Notes under the pieces: model-generated
What the model saw: the letters and a program-made list of their open reading frames with translations, nothing else
Told to the model about the DNA's origin: nothing
Databases searched by the model: none
Made by a program: the position numbers and the translations under genes
Part shown: piece after piece, positions 51,230 through 64,000 of the stretch
Layout of the letters: each line of letters begins with the position of its first letter
Position numbering within the stretch: position 1 is the first letter of the stretch
From: Mustelus asterias
Taxonomy: Eukaryota
NCBI RefSeq assembly: GCF_964213995.1
Contig: NC_135810.1
Span: forward strand, 41,044,001 to 41,108,000
Direction of reading: 5' to 3'
DNA length: 64,000 nucleotides

Positions 51230-53560
51230 GGATTCAGAGACACAGAAAATGATGGGACATCTCCAGGGCTCACTGCCTAACAAAAGGTAAACTTCTTGTC
51301 CTCAAACTAGGGCAGATTGTGAATGACTGCCGAATTATATCACACAATACAATAGTTAAAACACCAATATCACATGCTTCGATATGGCTGACCACCTGCA
51401 TGATGGTTTCCATGTCACAGGTACTCAACTCTTAGACCTGGCTGATTTCAGAATGCATTCGGAAGAATCAATGGCTGATTCTGTTCTTTGAGGATAATCT
51501 CTTGCTGAAAATGGCCTGAGTTTTCACTTTTATCTCTTGATGAAGATGAAGAGATGTCATCCTCACTGGGAACTTAATGGTTTCCCCTTGACTACAACTC
51601 ATTCTTCCAACTGCCAATGAAGCAGAGGTATGGCACCAAGTTCATGTCTTGCACCCTGTCATCTGTCAAGCCAGAGATATTCCAAAACTTGAATTTGCTA
51701 TTAGATCAGATTAACACATTTGCTGATGCCAAGATACTGCCTTTTCCTCTTTGCAGAAACGTCAGACCATTTCGCCTGCACCTAACAAGACCAAACCCCT
51801 TAACTCCCTGTCTCCCTGGGATGTGTAGGTTAGAGGGATTAGCGGGTAAGGTATGTGGGGGTGGGGCCTGGGTGGGATTGTGGTCGGTGCAGACTCGATG
51901 GGCCGAATGGCCTCCTTCTGCACTGTAGGGTTTCTATGACTTCTATGATTTCTATGAAAATCATTACACTTCCCCATCCAGATGACCAACTCTGGTTTGT
52001 CACAGGTGGTGCTGTTAAGAAGCATGGCATCCAACCTGTATGTGACCCAAGGCAACAGATTCAAACCTGCTGGTTTTTTAGTGTCAAATTTGTGGTCACC
52101 AAAACATCTGGTTGCCTTGTGAAATTGAAGCTCTGTCCATTGCAGCTTTTGTCAAACACTTAAGCCATTTATTGTGCAGTCCATGCACTGTCCTTGTGTC
52201 TCACAGACAGCATATCTTCTGTGTAGGCTCTAAGAAACTGTGCAGGGGAAAATTGTCTGCCAGTCCCATGTCACTAACTGCTTTTCCGTGGTCAGTCACT
52301 ACCATGTCTCTGCCTGACACTGAGCTGGATCAGACCATCAGATTTTGCAACCGCAGTGTGCCTGACTGTGAGAAACCCATGTGCCAAATTCATACCTTGA
52401 TACACCAGACCTCAGATTGCATTGTTCACTAGATATCCACTGAGGACATTGTGTCAGGCTCCACAAGACTCCCTTTCATCAGAAGACCAGAATGGCTAGC
52501 TGTCTAGTCTTAGGCTTCAAAGAAGCTTACCAACATTTGCTATGTCAAATACTATCTCCAGGTTGTTGCCAATACAAGGAATGGTTCATTTGTTGTTTGG
52601 TGCAGTGAGCCACTTGACCCATCCAGAAAATGCATTATCATTTCACATGATGTTCTGGCAGGCTTATCACCCCTTCACCCCTTTTGGTCACCCACCACGT
52701 CATCAACTCAAATTGGTCACCCAGTGATATTTCTATGCATGTTTCTGTGGATGCCTCCTTTGAATGGGTTACAGTTAGCTGCCATACATGCACTATGCTG
52801 CAGACCATCCTGCACATGATCGTCTTTGAGTGATCCTCCCGAGGTGGTTGGCATCTAAGTTGCTGCTGACGTTATCACGCAAGAGCAACAACCCACCTTA
52901 GCTGTATGAGAATGCGTCACTTCTTACACAGCTGCTTGCAGCATTGTTAATGGATGCCATGACATCTTAAGGGATGCTCTCCTCCAGTTGTGCTTTGGGC
53001 TTTGTCCACTTGATGGTGCCTTGCTGTCACATGAAGTGATCCTGAGTTTTCCACTCTGTTAGGACACAAGCTGCATTGCAATTGAGTTTAAGAGATTGAA
53101 GAATGCCAACAAGAACCCAGCAAATGAGTAGACAGTATGGGAATTGGAGGGCGAGCGTCTATGCCAAAAATCATTTGAAGGCCTATCACACCTTTGGCTT
53201 CATCTATTGCCACTGTATGGCTCAATACCCCCTTTATTATCAAAGCATTTCTGCAAGAGAATTATGACCATGGAGAGACCTGTAACCAATTTGAAGATTC
53301 CCCTGTCCATTCTCAGAGTTATTGAGAATCAACTCTTGTTCTGCAATGTCAATCACCTGTACAGTCAGAATCCCCTCCAATTGCAACCATCACTCAGCTC
53401 AGCTGATGTTGATGATCTGTTCTGTCTTCATGCTAATTGCAACAATCCACAGGCTCACCAAAGCTACTTGGTTACCTCTCTCAATGACGGGTAGGGCAGT
53501 AGTCACAAGGTCATTGGTTCTCAGCTACGTAGGACAACTTATCAAGTCAGAAGATCTGAA
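51230..53560 (+). pseudogene. Highly decayed Gypsy-like LTR retrotransposon (gag and integrase remnants)
   Basis: MKQRYGTKFMSCTLSSVKPEIFQ (gag-like); GHPPRHQLK...SCHTC (zinc-binding); AADVI; KNANKNP; frameshifted throughout. Confidence 0.6.
51815..51957 (+). mobile_element. HE1 SINE 3' fragment
   Basis: Tail with three (TTCTATGA)-like repeats. Confidence 0.85.
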
Positions 53561-53725
53561 TGCTACAATGTCTACTCCTTCTGCACTGACTCACAATCTG
53601 CTCTGCTTCCAGCTATGGCTCTGCCAATCACACTGAGCATTCTCCACTTGTCTGTCCCGTTTCTGCAAAACCATAACATACTGGCTAAGCACTTTATGCC
53701 TTCCACAGCTCTAGTGCTGTCGACT

Positions 53726-54083
53726 GGGCATGGCATGTGGTTAGCACTGCTGCCTCAGAGCGCCAGAGCAACAGTGGTTAGCACTGCTGCCTCAGAGCGC
53801 CAGGGATCCAGGTTTGATTCCAGCCTTGGGTCATTGTCTGTGTGGAGTTTGTACGTTCTCCCCGTGTCTGTGTAGGTTTCCTCCAGGTGCTCCGGTTTCC
53901 TCCCACTGTCCAAAGATCTGTGGGTTAGGTTGATTGGCCATGCTAAATTGTCCCTTAGTGTCAGGGGGATTAGCAGGGATAAATACGGTTACGGGAATGG
54001 GGCCTGGCTGGGATTGGTATTGGTGCAGGCATGATGGGCTGAATGGCCTCCTTCTGTACTGTAGGGATTCTATGAATCTATGA
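53726..54083 (+). mobile_element. HE1 SINE with duplicated head segment
   Basis: 30-bp GTGGTTAGCACTGCTGCCTCAGAGCGCCAG at 53737-53766 and 53774-53803. Confidence 0.9.
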
Positions 54084-57000
54084 AACTGTGTGGTCAACCA
54101 TACAAACTGCACAGATTAGAATGGGTCTCCCAATCCTGCCCCAATCACTGACTTTGATACAGATCCTTGAACTTCCCTTTGATGCAGAGATGCTGTTACC
54201 TGATCCAGAACCACAGTTATTATTACCTAGCCCAATCTTGCATGCCCCCCTCCAGTAACAGGCCCCCAATCTGGTGCAACCATCAGATCCAATTTTGTGG
54301 CCCCCAGCCCAGGACCCTGATCCTAGATTTTAGCACGCATAGCCAGCTGACTACATGAATCTAGCCCTGTTCCCTTGGTGCCTTCAGTGACGTCTCCCAA
54401 AATGTCTAACAGATTTTATATTTCAGGATTAAAGCCAATATTTGAAAGCCGAATAAACACCTGGGTAGTCGAGTCCTGTGAAATGTGTTTATATGCCCAG
54501 TATGCAGCCCATTTGTTATGATTCCTGTGCGTCTGTTTTAAGTTGACTTTCACAAAGATTTTTTTGTTTCTTACGTTTATGTTGTTGCAATCTTTGGGCA
54601 CCTGTGTTCATTTGAGCGTTCACTCTGATGTGGAAAAAAACTGCTCGCGTATTTTCATCTTGGCTATATTTTTGGCATTGTTAGTTATTACAAGCTGGGA
54701 ATTTAATTGTCTGGGAAGAGCAACAATAAAAAGGTCACACCATTATATGTAATTGTCCTCTGGTGGCTCGGAGCCCATTCGGATATGTGTGTGGCCATTT
54801 TGTATTGCTTATTGAACTGCTCAGTTTCATGGTTGATGTTAGGATCCAATTTATGCAGGTAAACACATCCTACTGCTATAGATTTTTGTGTTGAATGGGA
54901 AACCTCAGGCTTTTTAACTTGATCCGAGGTGGATCTGCTACAACTTGAGCTGCAGCTTATTCAGATACGACGCAACTGATCTTCACCCTGTGTTTATGTA
55001 TAAGCACAATCTAAGGATGGGATTTTTGACCCTGCCTGCTGTCATGTTCTCCCAGTCCCACACATTTTTTGGCTGATCCGCTGTATCCCTGCAGCAGGTC
55101 CCACCATGACAGGGCTGGAAAATACAGGCCTAATTCTCCAGTTGTACCACATACCTGACACCTGGCTTCTGCTGTACCTTTGTAGAATCTGTAAGCATCA
55201 AGTATACATGTGATGTATCTTTTTGTTAAAGGATTGATTGGCCTATATTCATATACAGGCATTGTCACGAACCTAGTGCCAAGCATTGTAATTCTACCTC
55301 AACTCATAACTGACAAGAAAATTTAAAAAAAAACTCTTGCACTACTTCTTCAGGAAAGATCAAGTTTCATTTTCGGAAGCACTGCCTAATCATTCCCAGC
55401 TAAGGAAAAATCAGAGCCATCTTGTACTGAAGACTTACTGAGAAGTGAGTCCAAAAGATACTCAAATACTGATGTCTGAATCTGTAACAGATTCTCCTGT
55501 GTATGTTATGCAGCCAACCATGAAGGCAGCTAAGTACAGTCACTACCCCAAAGGGAGTCCAGAGGCAACCCCTGTGTGGAGGCAATGTGCAGCAGATGGG
55601 ACCCTGATGGCTGATTTAATTAAAATATTTTAATAGATCTAAAAATGTAGGGGGTGAATTGCTGAACAACAAGGCTATTCTGAGGCAGTCAGAAGTCCGT
55701 TAAGTGTTACAGGACACTGGGGACTGCCGGTAATGAAACAGAGGAGAAAGCAAAAATGACTTTGAGAAAAAATATGTGACATTAATTGGTAATAAGAAGT
55801 GATTTTTTTTAACAATGCCAATAGGTGGAAGCATAGTTAAACTCTGCATAATTAGTTTGCTTTTGGCATTATTGTGGCACTGGTATGGTAAAATGAATGT
55901 GTATGATTCTCAGCAGTGAATAAATGGGTTCAAGCCGTTGGGATAGTAAAACTCACCTGAATGATCCTTGATTCTCAGGCTACAGTCAATTCTGTTAAGT
56001 ATAGCATGACAATAATGCATTTATATTATTTAACATGACTGCTCAACTTCAGTCTCTAGCATATAGATTCTTCCTTCATACAACCTGCAAACTGGTCTGT
56101 TTCCATTTGTTTTCAAAAAATAAATATCATTCCAGTACCCTCCCAAATTATATGTGTTGAGATATTATTACGAATTTAATTCAGTTTTACTTGCAACATT
56201 TCAAAGTTCAAAATCACAAGGTCTATGCGAACAGGCAGGGCTAATAATGATTACATAACTAGAAATGCACCTTAATAACAGAATGGGGAGTAATGGCACA
56301 ATCACCAATTCTCTGATAACTCAAATCTCTTGTACCTACTTTTACTCCGTCTGTTTTTAGCTTTTCTCTGACTGAATGTGTCAGAATTCCTCTGGGTTTG
56401 GCTGTGTGTGTGAGAGACGTATACAATGTCAATGTGACATTGGGAGCATTCATGTGTTGTAACTGAGATAATCTTGTTGCATCAATTGATTTCATTTTAA
56501 GTAAGTCCTAAAATACAATTACAGGCATGTAATTATTTGACAGTAAAACAACTGCAATTTGCATGCTGACAAAATGTATATATTACTGTTACAGCATTGT
56601 TTAGACGCAGAAGATGGCTATTCAGTCATCATGTCTACACCACCTCGCCCAATGAGCAGTGACTTTTCCCCGTACCCCTGTTTCTATTCAAGTAATCATC
56701 GAATGTCCTCTGGAATGCCTTGATTGAACCTGCCTCCTCCATACTTCAGGCAGCGCATTTTAGGCCTAAAACACTAGTACCGAATTGTTCAGGTTCGGGA
56801 ACTTTTAGATATAATTAAGCAACTAAACAACTTTTGCAATTTTCCAGGCTTGCACACATTTCTTACAATACAAAGATAATACTAAAGTCTCAATGTGGAA
56901 GATGAAACAGTTGATTGAGGAAATGCTGTTATTTATAGAACATGTGCAATTTTGTCTGAATAGTTTTAAATGTAAAACCTTGTTATTTTGATTTATAAAA

Positions 57001-57136
57001 AGTGCTCATATCTCCCTCAAGGTATTAAGTTGGGCCTTAACTTTGGGGATCTAACACTGCTAAGAATGAATTGTGCAAAATAGTTTGTTTTTATGCCATC
57101 TAGTTTTCATAATCATTCATTCAAATCAGTGTTATT

Positions 57137-58066
57137 ATAGAGTCATAGAGGTTTACAGCATGGAAACAGGCCCTTCGGCCCAACTTGTCCATGCCGCCCT
57201 TTTTAAAAAAAAAACCCTAAACTAATCCCAATTGCCCGCATTTGGTCCATATCCCTCTATACCCATCGTACCCATGTAACTATCTAAATGCTTTTTAAAA
57301 GATGAAATTGTACCTGCCTCTACTACTACCTCTGGCAGCTTGTTCCAGACACTCACCACCCTCTGTGTGAAAAAATTGCCCCTCTGCCCCTTTTGTATCT
57401 CTCCCCTCTCACCTTAAACCTATGCCGTCTACTTTTAGACTCCCCTACCTTTGGGAAAAGATATTGACGATCTACCTTGTCTATGCCCCTCATTATTTTA
57501 TAGACCTCTATAAGGTCACCCCTCAGCCTCCTACGCTCCAGAGAAAAAAGTCCCAGTCTATCCAGCCTCTCCTTATAACTCAATCCATCAAGTCCCGGTA
57601 GCATCCTAGTAAATCTTTTCTGCACTCTTTCTAGTTTAATAATATCCTTTCTATAATAGGGTGACCAGAATTGCACACAGTATTCCAAGTGTGGCCTTAC
57701 CAATGTCTTGTACAACTTTAACAAGACGTCCCAACTCCTGTATTCAATGTTCTGACCAATGAAACCAAGCTTGCCGAATGCCTTCTTCACCACTCTGTCC
57801 ACCTGTGACTCCACTTTCAAGGAGCTATGAACATGTACCCCTAGATCTCTTTGTTCTGTAACTCTCCCCAACGCCCTACCATTAACTGAGTAAGTCCTGC
57901 CCTGGTTCAATCTATCAAAATGCATTACCTCGTATTTGTCTAAATTAAACACCATCTGCCATTCGTCAGCCCACTGGCTCAATTGATCAAGATCCCGTTG
58001 CAATTGGCGATAACTTTCTTCACTGTCCACTATGCCACCAATCTTGGTGTCATCTGCAAACTTACT
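57137..58066 (-). mobile_element. CR1 3' fragment starting at the FADD motif
   Basis: KFADDTKIGG, then a 225-aa ORF; tail CTCTATGACTCTAT. Confidence 0.92.
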
Positions 58067-59952
58067 GCTTGTTATTATTTGTAGATTACCAGATTACTGC
58101 TAAAAAGGATTTGCTTTCACCATTGTTTCAATGTGAATTTCAAAGTAACTGCGTGCATCTTACAAAATATAAATTTTTTCAGAAAGGTATTTTGTAAATC
58201 ATCTGTTTCATGTGAAATAAACCAGGGACAGAGGCAAGTAAAAAAAAATTCAGAGGTATCTATCTTTTTATTTTGCTGTGATTCTTGAAAGTTAGCTGAT
58301 AGTTTACAAATCTGGTTTAAGAACTCCGCCAGACAGAATGATTGATAGAGATCAGAAAATCCACAGAATTGGTCTTCAGCTTGTGCTGGGTGTGCTGATC
58401 TCAATCAGGGCGATGTTTAAAACCAGTGCAATGGGTCAGAGCATCTTGGTTTGGCAGGTGAAAATGATCCAGATTCTCATTCCTGACCTTCATCCAAATG
58501 ACCACAATGCGCACCATGGATGAGAATGTGTGTGAACTTCAGAAATGGACAGATTGGACTTGATTGTGATCATCACTGCAGTAGAATAGCATACCAACAC
58601 GCACTATCTAGGCCCAAACCCATTAAAATAAGTAAAGTAAATTGCCACTTAGGCTAAGTACCAGAGACTGTCTGTTGCCATAGCAATCATGCTCTCGAAA
58701 CTACTCAATATTTTCAGGAGAGGAGATCTGTAGGACACAGAACTAGTAAGAAAAGAAATATAATCTTGTCCAGCAAAAGCTAGGTAAGCTAATGGAAGGA
58801 AGCTGTCTCTTTTTAAATGGTGAAAATGGAGCTTTCAGTCTCACACAATGCATTAAAGTTCACTGCTATTCAGAAATTCCTATTGTTGTCCCCAGAGCAC
58901 CAATACTGTACATGCCCTGGATGACTGGAACTGTCGTATCAAATATGACCCACCTGTACCGAACTTTCTTCTCAAAAGGGGGCAGCTTAAACCTTAGCAA
59001 TGCTCAGGCATGAAAACCCAGAACCAGCCTTTTCCCAGACAGAGAAAACACACCAAATTCCAGGGCTTGCATTATAATAACAGTTGTGTCTCTGCTGTGG
59101 GCAAAGGTCGTCACATATTAATTTGTCAAGTTCTACTGCTTCATAATTTGAGCAAGATTGGTAGGCTTGCATTTTACAAAGGCAGCTTGTAGTAACTGCC
59201 AAACCTATGAAGCTCGGGCCAGAAAATAGTCATTACAATGCGTTTTAAATTCCCAAGTACAGTACTTCAAAACATAAAATGGCATTGTCACCTGTGTAAT
59301 ATGATAATACGGCTTAATTCTATATTGCTTTGCATAACTGGAGAATGATGTGTCTGTTTTCCATTTTATCTCCAGTAGATGAATCTCTGCAATTATCAAA
59401 CAGCACAAATAAAGTGGCCTAGACGTGTAGCGCTCTGCAAAAATAATTTTATGCCACATTGTCAAATGCTTGATCTGCCTTCCACAAGAACAACCGCAGT
59501 TCTGTCACTGCTGCAGTTATGCCCTGTGGCTCTGCTGTTTTAATTGCTTTTAATTAAAGCCTGGAATGGGATGCAGCTATTAATCAGTATGTGAAACTGC
59601 TCATGGGGAAGATAGAACAAATACCTCCATTAGACAGATAGCAGTGACATCACTGGTGCCATATTTGCATTGCTGACAAGAGAACCACTCAAGTGAGGTA
59701 ATTAGATCACAGTCTTGAGGCCACCAAGGTACTGTGAACAACTGAGACATTTTACGAACAAACTTTACAACTGCATAATCAACCCTGCAGTGAGGAAGAG
59801 GGTAGAGCCGGCACTAATATTAACTTGCAGGAATGAAGCAGGGTTTATCCACCAATGTTTGTTATCTAACAAACTCTACAGAGGTATAATAAAGATTTAG
59901 CCACCACTTTTCATATCACTTAATCAGTCTTGCAGTTAATGTTCAAACAAAT

Positions 59953-60112
59953 AAAAAGCAAAACACTGTGGATGCAGGAGAATTGAAATAGAAACAGAAT
60001 GTTCTGGAAAAACTCAGTCAGTCTGGCAGCACCTGTGCAGAGAGAAACAGTTAATGTTTCGAGTTAAATGTGACTTTTCATCAGCAGAAGAGTCAAATTG
60101 GACTTGAAACAA
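59953..60112 (-). mobile_element. Penelope-type terminal repeat with hammerhead-like core and inverted partial copy
   Basis: Minus strand CTGATGA-AAAGTCACATTTAACTC-GAAACATTAAC; plus strand GAAGAGTCAAATTGGACTTGAAAC. Confidence 0.55.
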
Positions 60113-60114
60113 CA

Positions 60115-60900
60115 GGGGCGATTTTGAGCCCCCATTTTCCGTCTGGAGGATAGGCAGGGCTTGCTCAAAAAAATTTGTGCCGGTGATTTTCCGAGTTCCA
60201 ATCTTCCCAGCCCCTCGCCGGTGGAGTGGCCAGATACATGCTGCAGGACTGCGGAAAGCTCATTTCAATACATTAGCATGTCATTCGCATGCACTCTGTC
60301 TGGCACATCCCCCCCACCAGATATCCAATGGGCACTGGGCGTGATGTCACACCAGCGTCGTTTCAAATAGGCCTACATACACGTGAACCTGGCGCCTTCA
60401 GCTCCGAGGGGGATTTCGGAGGTGAGCGCTCAGGAAGTCAGAACCCACCCTGGTGGGCACTGCTCAGGGGTCACCAGAGAAGAATCGGGAGACATGGATA
60501 GGTTCAACTTGCAGGCCTTCTCTACTCTTCATGCCAGGGCACACCTTGCTCCAAAAGGGTTGTGAAGGCTGCTATGCAGGCAGTGCTCCCCACATCCTCC
60601 ATCCTGGGTTCCTATCCATATCACAGCTGAGGAAGTACCCATCATGAGTGGGAGCTGGCAAGAGAGTGCGAGGGACATAGCACAACCATTCTCACACTCA
60701 ACAGGGATGAGGCACTGGGTGAGTGTGGTGATTCCCCAAGTTTGGTGGCATGAACAGATACGGTGGAGACTCTGTGGGTGAACAAAGTGAAATTAATTGA
60801 CAAATGTGCAAACAAAATGTTGACCTATCTCCATTTGTGCCTATGTTCACCCTTGCCCACTCAGTGCCGACAGCTTCTTAATCTTCCTCACCCTCCCACT
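60115..60900. mobile_element. Harbinger-like non-autonomous element, left part (cut by CR1)
   Basis: GGGGCGATTTTG terminus like the other MITEs; GC-rich interior. Confidence 0.4.
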
Positions 60901-60935
60901 AAATGTTGTGGATCGAGAGCTAAGATTGAGGAAGC

Positions 60936-61244
60936 TTGAGGGGGATCCTAAGAGAGCAATTCAGGGAGTTGGGAAATAGGTTAAAAAGTAGGGTCACTAG
61001 GGTGGCCATCTCTGGGCTGCTCCCAATGCTTCGTGCCAGTGAGGCTAAGAATAGGGAGTTGGTACAAATGAATGCCTGGCTAAAGGACTGGTCCAGGAGG
61101 GAGGGCTTCATTTTCATAGATCAATGGGAAGTTTTCAGGAGAGGATGGCACCTGTACAAGAGGGAGGGGTCACAACTAAGTTGGAAGGGCACAAATATCC
61201 TGGCTGGGAGCTTTGCTAGTGCAGTTCGGGGGGGTTTAAACTAG
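60936..61244 (+). pseudogene. CR1 ORF1 C-terminal fragment (SGNH esterase)
   Basis: FRELGNRLK..VAISGLLP..MNAWLKDW..GTNILAG..GGLN*, aligns with ORF1 at 29681-30610. Confidence 0.88.
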
Positions 61245-64000
61245 TATGGCAGGGGGGTGGGGATCAAAATATTAGGTCTATAAGTGTGGAGGCTGGGGAA
61301 GAGCTTGGGGCTGGGACAAGGCTGGCAAAGAAGAAGAGCACTCTGGGGGAGGACGACCTCACTGGGCCTGGAGGTCTGGAGTGCTTATACTTCAATGCAA
61401 GGAGCATAGCAGGTAAGACAGACGAACTTGGGGCCTTAATGCGCACGAGGAATTTGGATGTGGTTGCGGTGACAGAGACTTGGTTGAAAGAGGGACAGGA
61501 ATGGCAGCTGAATATTCCAGGATACAAGTGTTTTAGGCGAGACAGAGGAGGGGCCAAAAGAGGTGGGGGAGTAGCGGTATTAGTTGGAGAGCATATTACA
61601 GCGGTGCAGAGGGAGGACAATTCAGAGGGGTCGTGTATCGAGTCACTCTGGGTGGAGCTTAGAAACAGGAAAGGCGCAGTCACTATGTTGGGGGTGTACT
61701 ACAGGCCCCCCAATAGCCCAAGGGAAGTGGAAGAATGGATATGTCAGGAGATACTGGATAGGTGCAGGAAAAATAGGGTTGTTGTAGTGGGAGACTTCAA
61801 TTTCCCTGGGAAAGACTGGAAATCGCTGAGGGCAGCGACTTTGGATGGGGAGGAATTTGTAAAATGTGTACAGGAGGGTTCGTTGGAACAATATGTAGAC
61901 AGCCCGACTAGAGAGGGGGCTATACTGGACCTCGTACTGGGGAATGAGCTCGGTCAGGTCTTCAAAGTTTCGGTAGGGGAACATGTGGCAAATAGTGACC
62001 ACAATTCTGGTAGCTTTAGGATAGTGATGGAAAAGGATGAGTGGTGTCCCAAGGGTAAGGTGTTGGATTGGGGGAAGGCTAACTTTAGTGGGATCAGGCA
62101 GAAATTGGCAGCTCTTGATTGGGAGAGGCTGTTTGAGGGTAAATCCACATCTGGTATGTGGCAGTCTTTTAAGGAACAGTTGTTAGGGCTACAGGACAAG
62201 CATGTGCCTGTAAAAAAGAAGGATAGGAAGGGTAGGATTAGAGAACCGTGGATAACCAGGGAAATTGAGGGACTGGTCAAAAAGAAAAGAGAGGCGTATG
62301 TTAGGTCCAGGCAGCTAAAAACGGAGGGAGCTCTGGAGGAGTACAAAGAAAGTAGGAAAGTACTCAAACGGGGAATTAGAAGAGCAAAAAGGGGTCACGA
62401 AATGTTCTTGGCAGACAGGATTAAGGAGAATCCCAAGGCATTTTATTCATACGTTAGGAACAAAAGGGTTGTCAGGGAAAAAATCGGACCTCTCAGGGAC
62501 AAAAGTGGGGACTTATGTTTGGAGCCCAAAGAAGTAGGGGAGATCCTAAATGAATACTTTGCGTCGGTATTCACAAAGGAGAGGGATGTGTTGACTGGGA
62601 GTATCTCAGAGGGGAGTGTTGAACCGTTGGAGAAAATCTCCATTACAAAGGAGGAAGTGTTAGGTTTGTTAGAGAATATAAAGACGGACAAATCCCCAGG
62701 GCCTGATGGAATCTATCCAAGGCTGCTCAGGGAGACGAGAGATGAAATCGTTGGGCCTCTGACGCAAATCTTTGTCTCGTCACTGGACGCAGGTGAGGTC
62801 CCAGAGGATTGGAGGATAGCTAATGTGGTCCCGTTATTTAAGAAGGGTAGGAAGGATAACCTGGGTAATTATAGGCCGGTGAGCTTGATGTCCGTGGTGG
62901 GGAAGTTGTTGGAGAAGATTCTTAGAGATAGGATGTATGCGCATTTAGAAAGGAATAAACTCATTAACGATAGTCAGCATGGTTTTGTGAGAGGGAGGTC
63001 ATGCCTCACTAACCTGGTGGTGTTTTTTGAAGAAGTGACCAGAATGGTTGACGAAGGAAGGGCCGTGGATGTTGTCTATATGGACTTTAGTAAAGCGTTT
63101 GACAAAGTCCCTCGTGGTAGGCTAGTGAAAAAGGTTGGATGTCATGGGATAAAGGGGGAGGTGGCTAGATGGGTGGAGAACTGGCTTGGTCATAGAAGAC
63201 AGAGGGTGGTAGTGGAAGGGTCTTTTTCCGGCTGGAGGCCTGTGACTAGTGGTGTACCACAGGGCTCTGTATTGGGACCTCTGCTGTTTGTGATTTATAT
63301 AAATGATCTGGAAGAAGGAGTAACTGGGGTGATCAGTAAGTTTGCGGACGACACAAAACTGGCAGGACTTGCAGATAGTGAGGAACATTGTCAGAGACTA
63401 CAGAAGGATATTTAGATAGGCTGGAAATTTGGGCAAGGAAATGGCAGATGGAGTTCAATCCTGATAAATGCGAAGTGATGCATTTTGGTGGGAATAATGT
63501 AGGGAGGAGCTACACGATAAATGGAAGAACCATAAAGGGTGTAGAGACGCAGAGGGACCTGGGTGTGCAAGTCCACAGATCTTTGAAGGTGACGTCACAG
63601 GTGGAGAAGGTGGTGAAGAAGGCATATGGCATGCTTGCCTTTATAGGACGGGGCATAGAGTATAAAAGTTGGGGTCTGATGTTGCAGATGTATAGAACGT
63701 TGGTTCGGCCGCATTTGGAATACTGCGTCCAGTTCTGGTCGCCACACTACCAGAAGGACGTGGAGGCTTTGGAGAGAGTACAGAGGAGGTTTACCAGGAT
63801 GTTGCCTGGTATGGAGGGGCTTGGTTATGAGGAGAGATTGGGGAAACTGGGGTTGTTCTCCTTGGAAAGACGGAGGATGAGGGGAGACTTAATAGAGGTG
63901 TATAAAATTATGAAAGGCATAGATAGGGTGAACGGTGGGAAGATTTTCCCCGGGTCGGTGGTGACGTTCACGAGGGGTCATAGGTTCAAGGTGAAGGGGG
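61235..64000 (+). pseudogene. CR1 ORF2 (APE + RT) with one frameshift near 63411
   Basis: Open from TTT at 61235 to 63415; AAGGATATTTAGATAGG appears to be KDIDR with a 2-nt insertion; RT continues in the new frame to the window end. Confidence 0.92.

Larger units (their letters stand above)
60930..64000 (+). mobile_element. CR1 LINE, 5'-truncated within ORF1, runs off the window
   Basis: Esterase C-terminal half followed by ORF2. Confidence 0.95.

Noticed and set aside
55434-55500. Minus-strand mini-exon ending TCA|GTAAGT
   Set aside because: Good donor but no pyrimidine-rich acceptor and no recognisable peptide.
63405-63420. Programmed frameshift inside the RT
   Set aside because: Other CR1 copies read continuously (RDLDR/RDIDR); best explained as a 2-nt insertion or sequence error.
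1-64000. CRISPR array or prokaryotic RT/defence system
   Set aside because: No regularly spaced repeats with unique spacers; all recognisable RTs are vertebrate LINE types with APE domains or LINE tails.

Overview
Eukaryotic, repeat-dominated vertebrate DNA, very probably from a shark or other elasmobranch: it carries about a dozen HE1-type tRNA-derived SINEs and many CR1 LINEs. No prokaryotic genes, rRNA, true tRNA genes or CRISPR arrays are visible. The window holds one essentially full-length CR1 (26563-30760, minus), a second long CR1 running off the right end, and a five-element nested insertion stack (39481-45300). It also has decayed Gypsy, RTE, Rex-Babar and PIF/Harbinger elements, a clean solo LTR, a hAT MITE, and several Penelope-type insertions carrying minimal hammerhead-ribozyme motifs. 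The only host-gene candidate is a weakly supported terminal coding exon at 23601-23757. Main leads: (1) both CR1 ORF1/ORF2 junctions have a U_UUA_AAC slippery heptamer right before the ORF1 stop, with ORF2 open in the -1 frame, suggesting programmed -1 frameshifting; (2) short fold-back, hammerhead-bearing Penelope-type insertions with 12-15 bp target-site duplications; (3) several locally templated, microhomology-flanked copies of nearby DNA. Family names come from recognising motifs by eye, not from database searches, and the boundaries of old elements are approximate.
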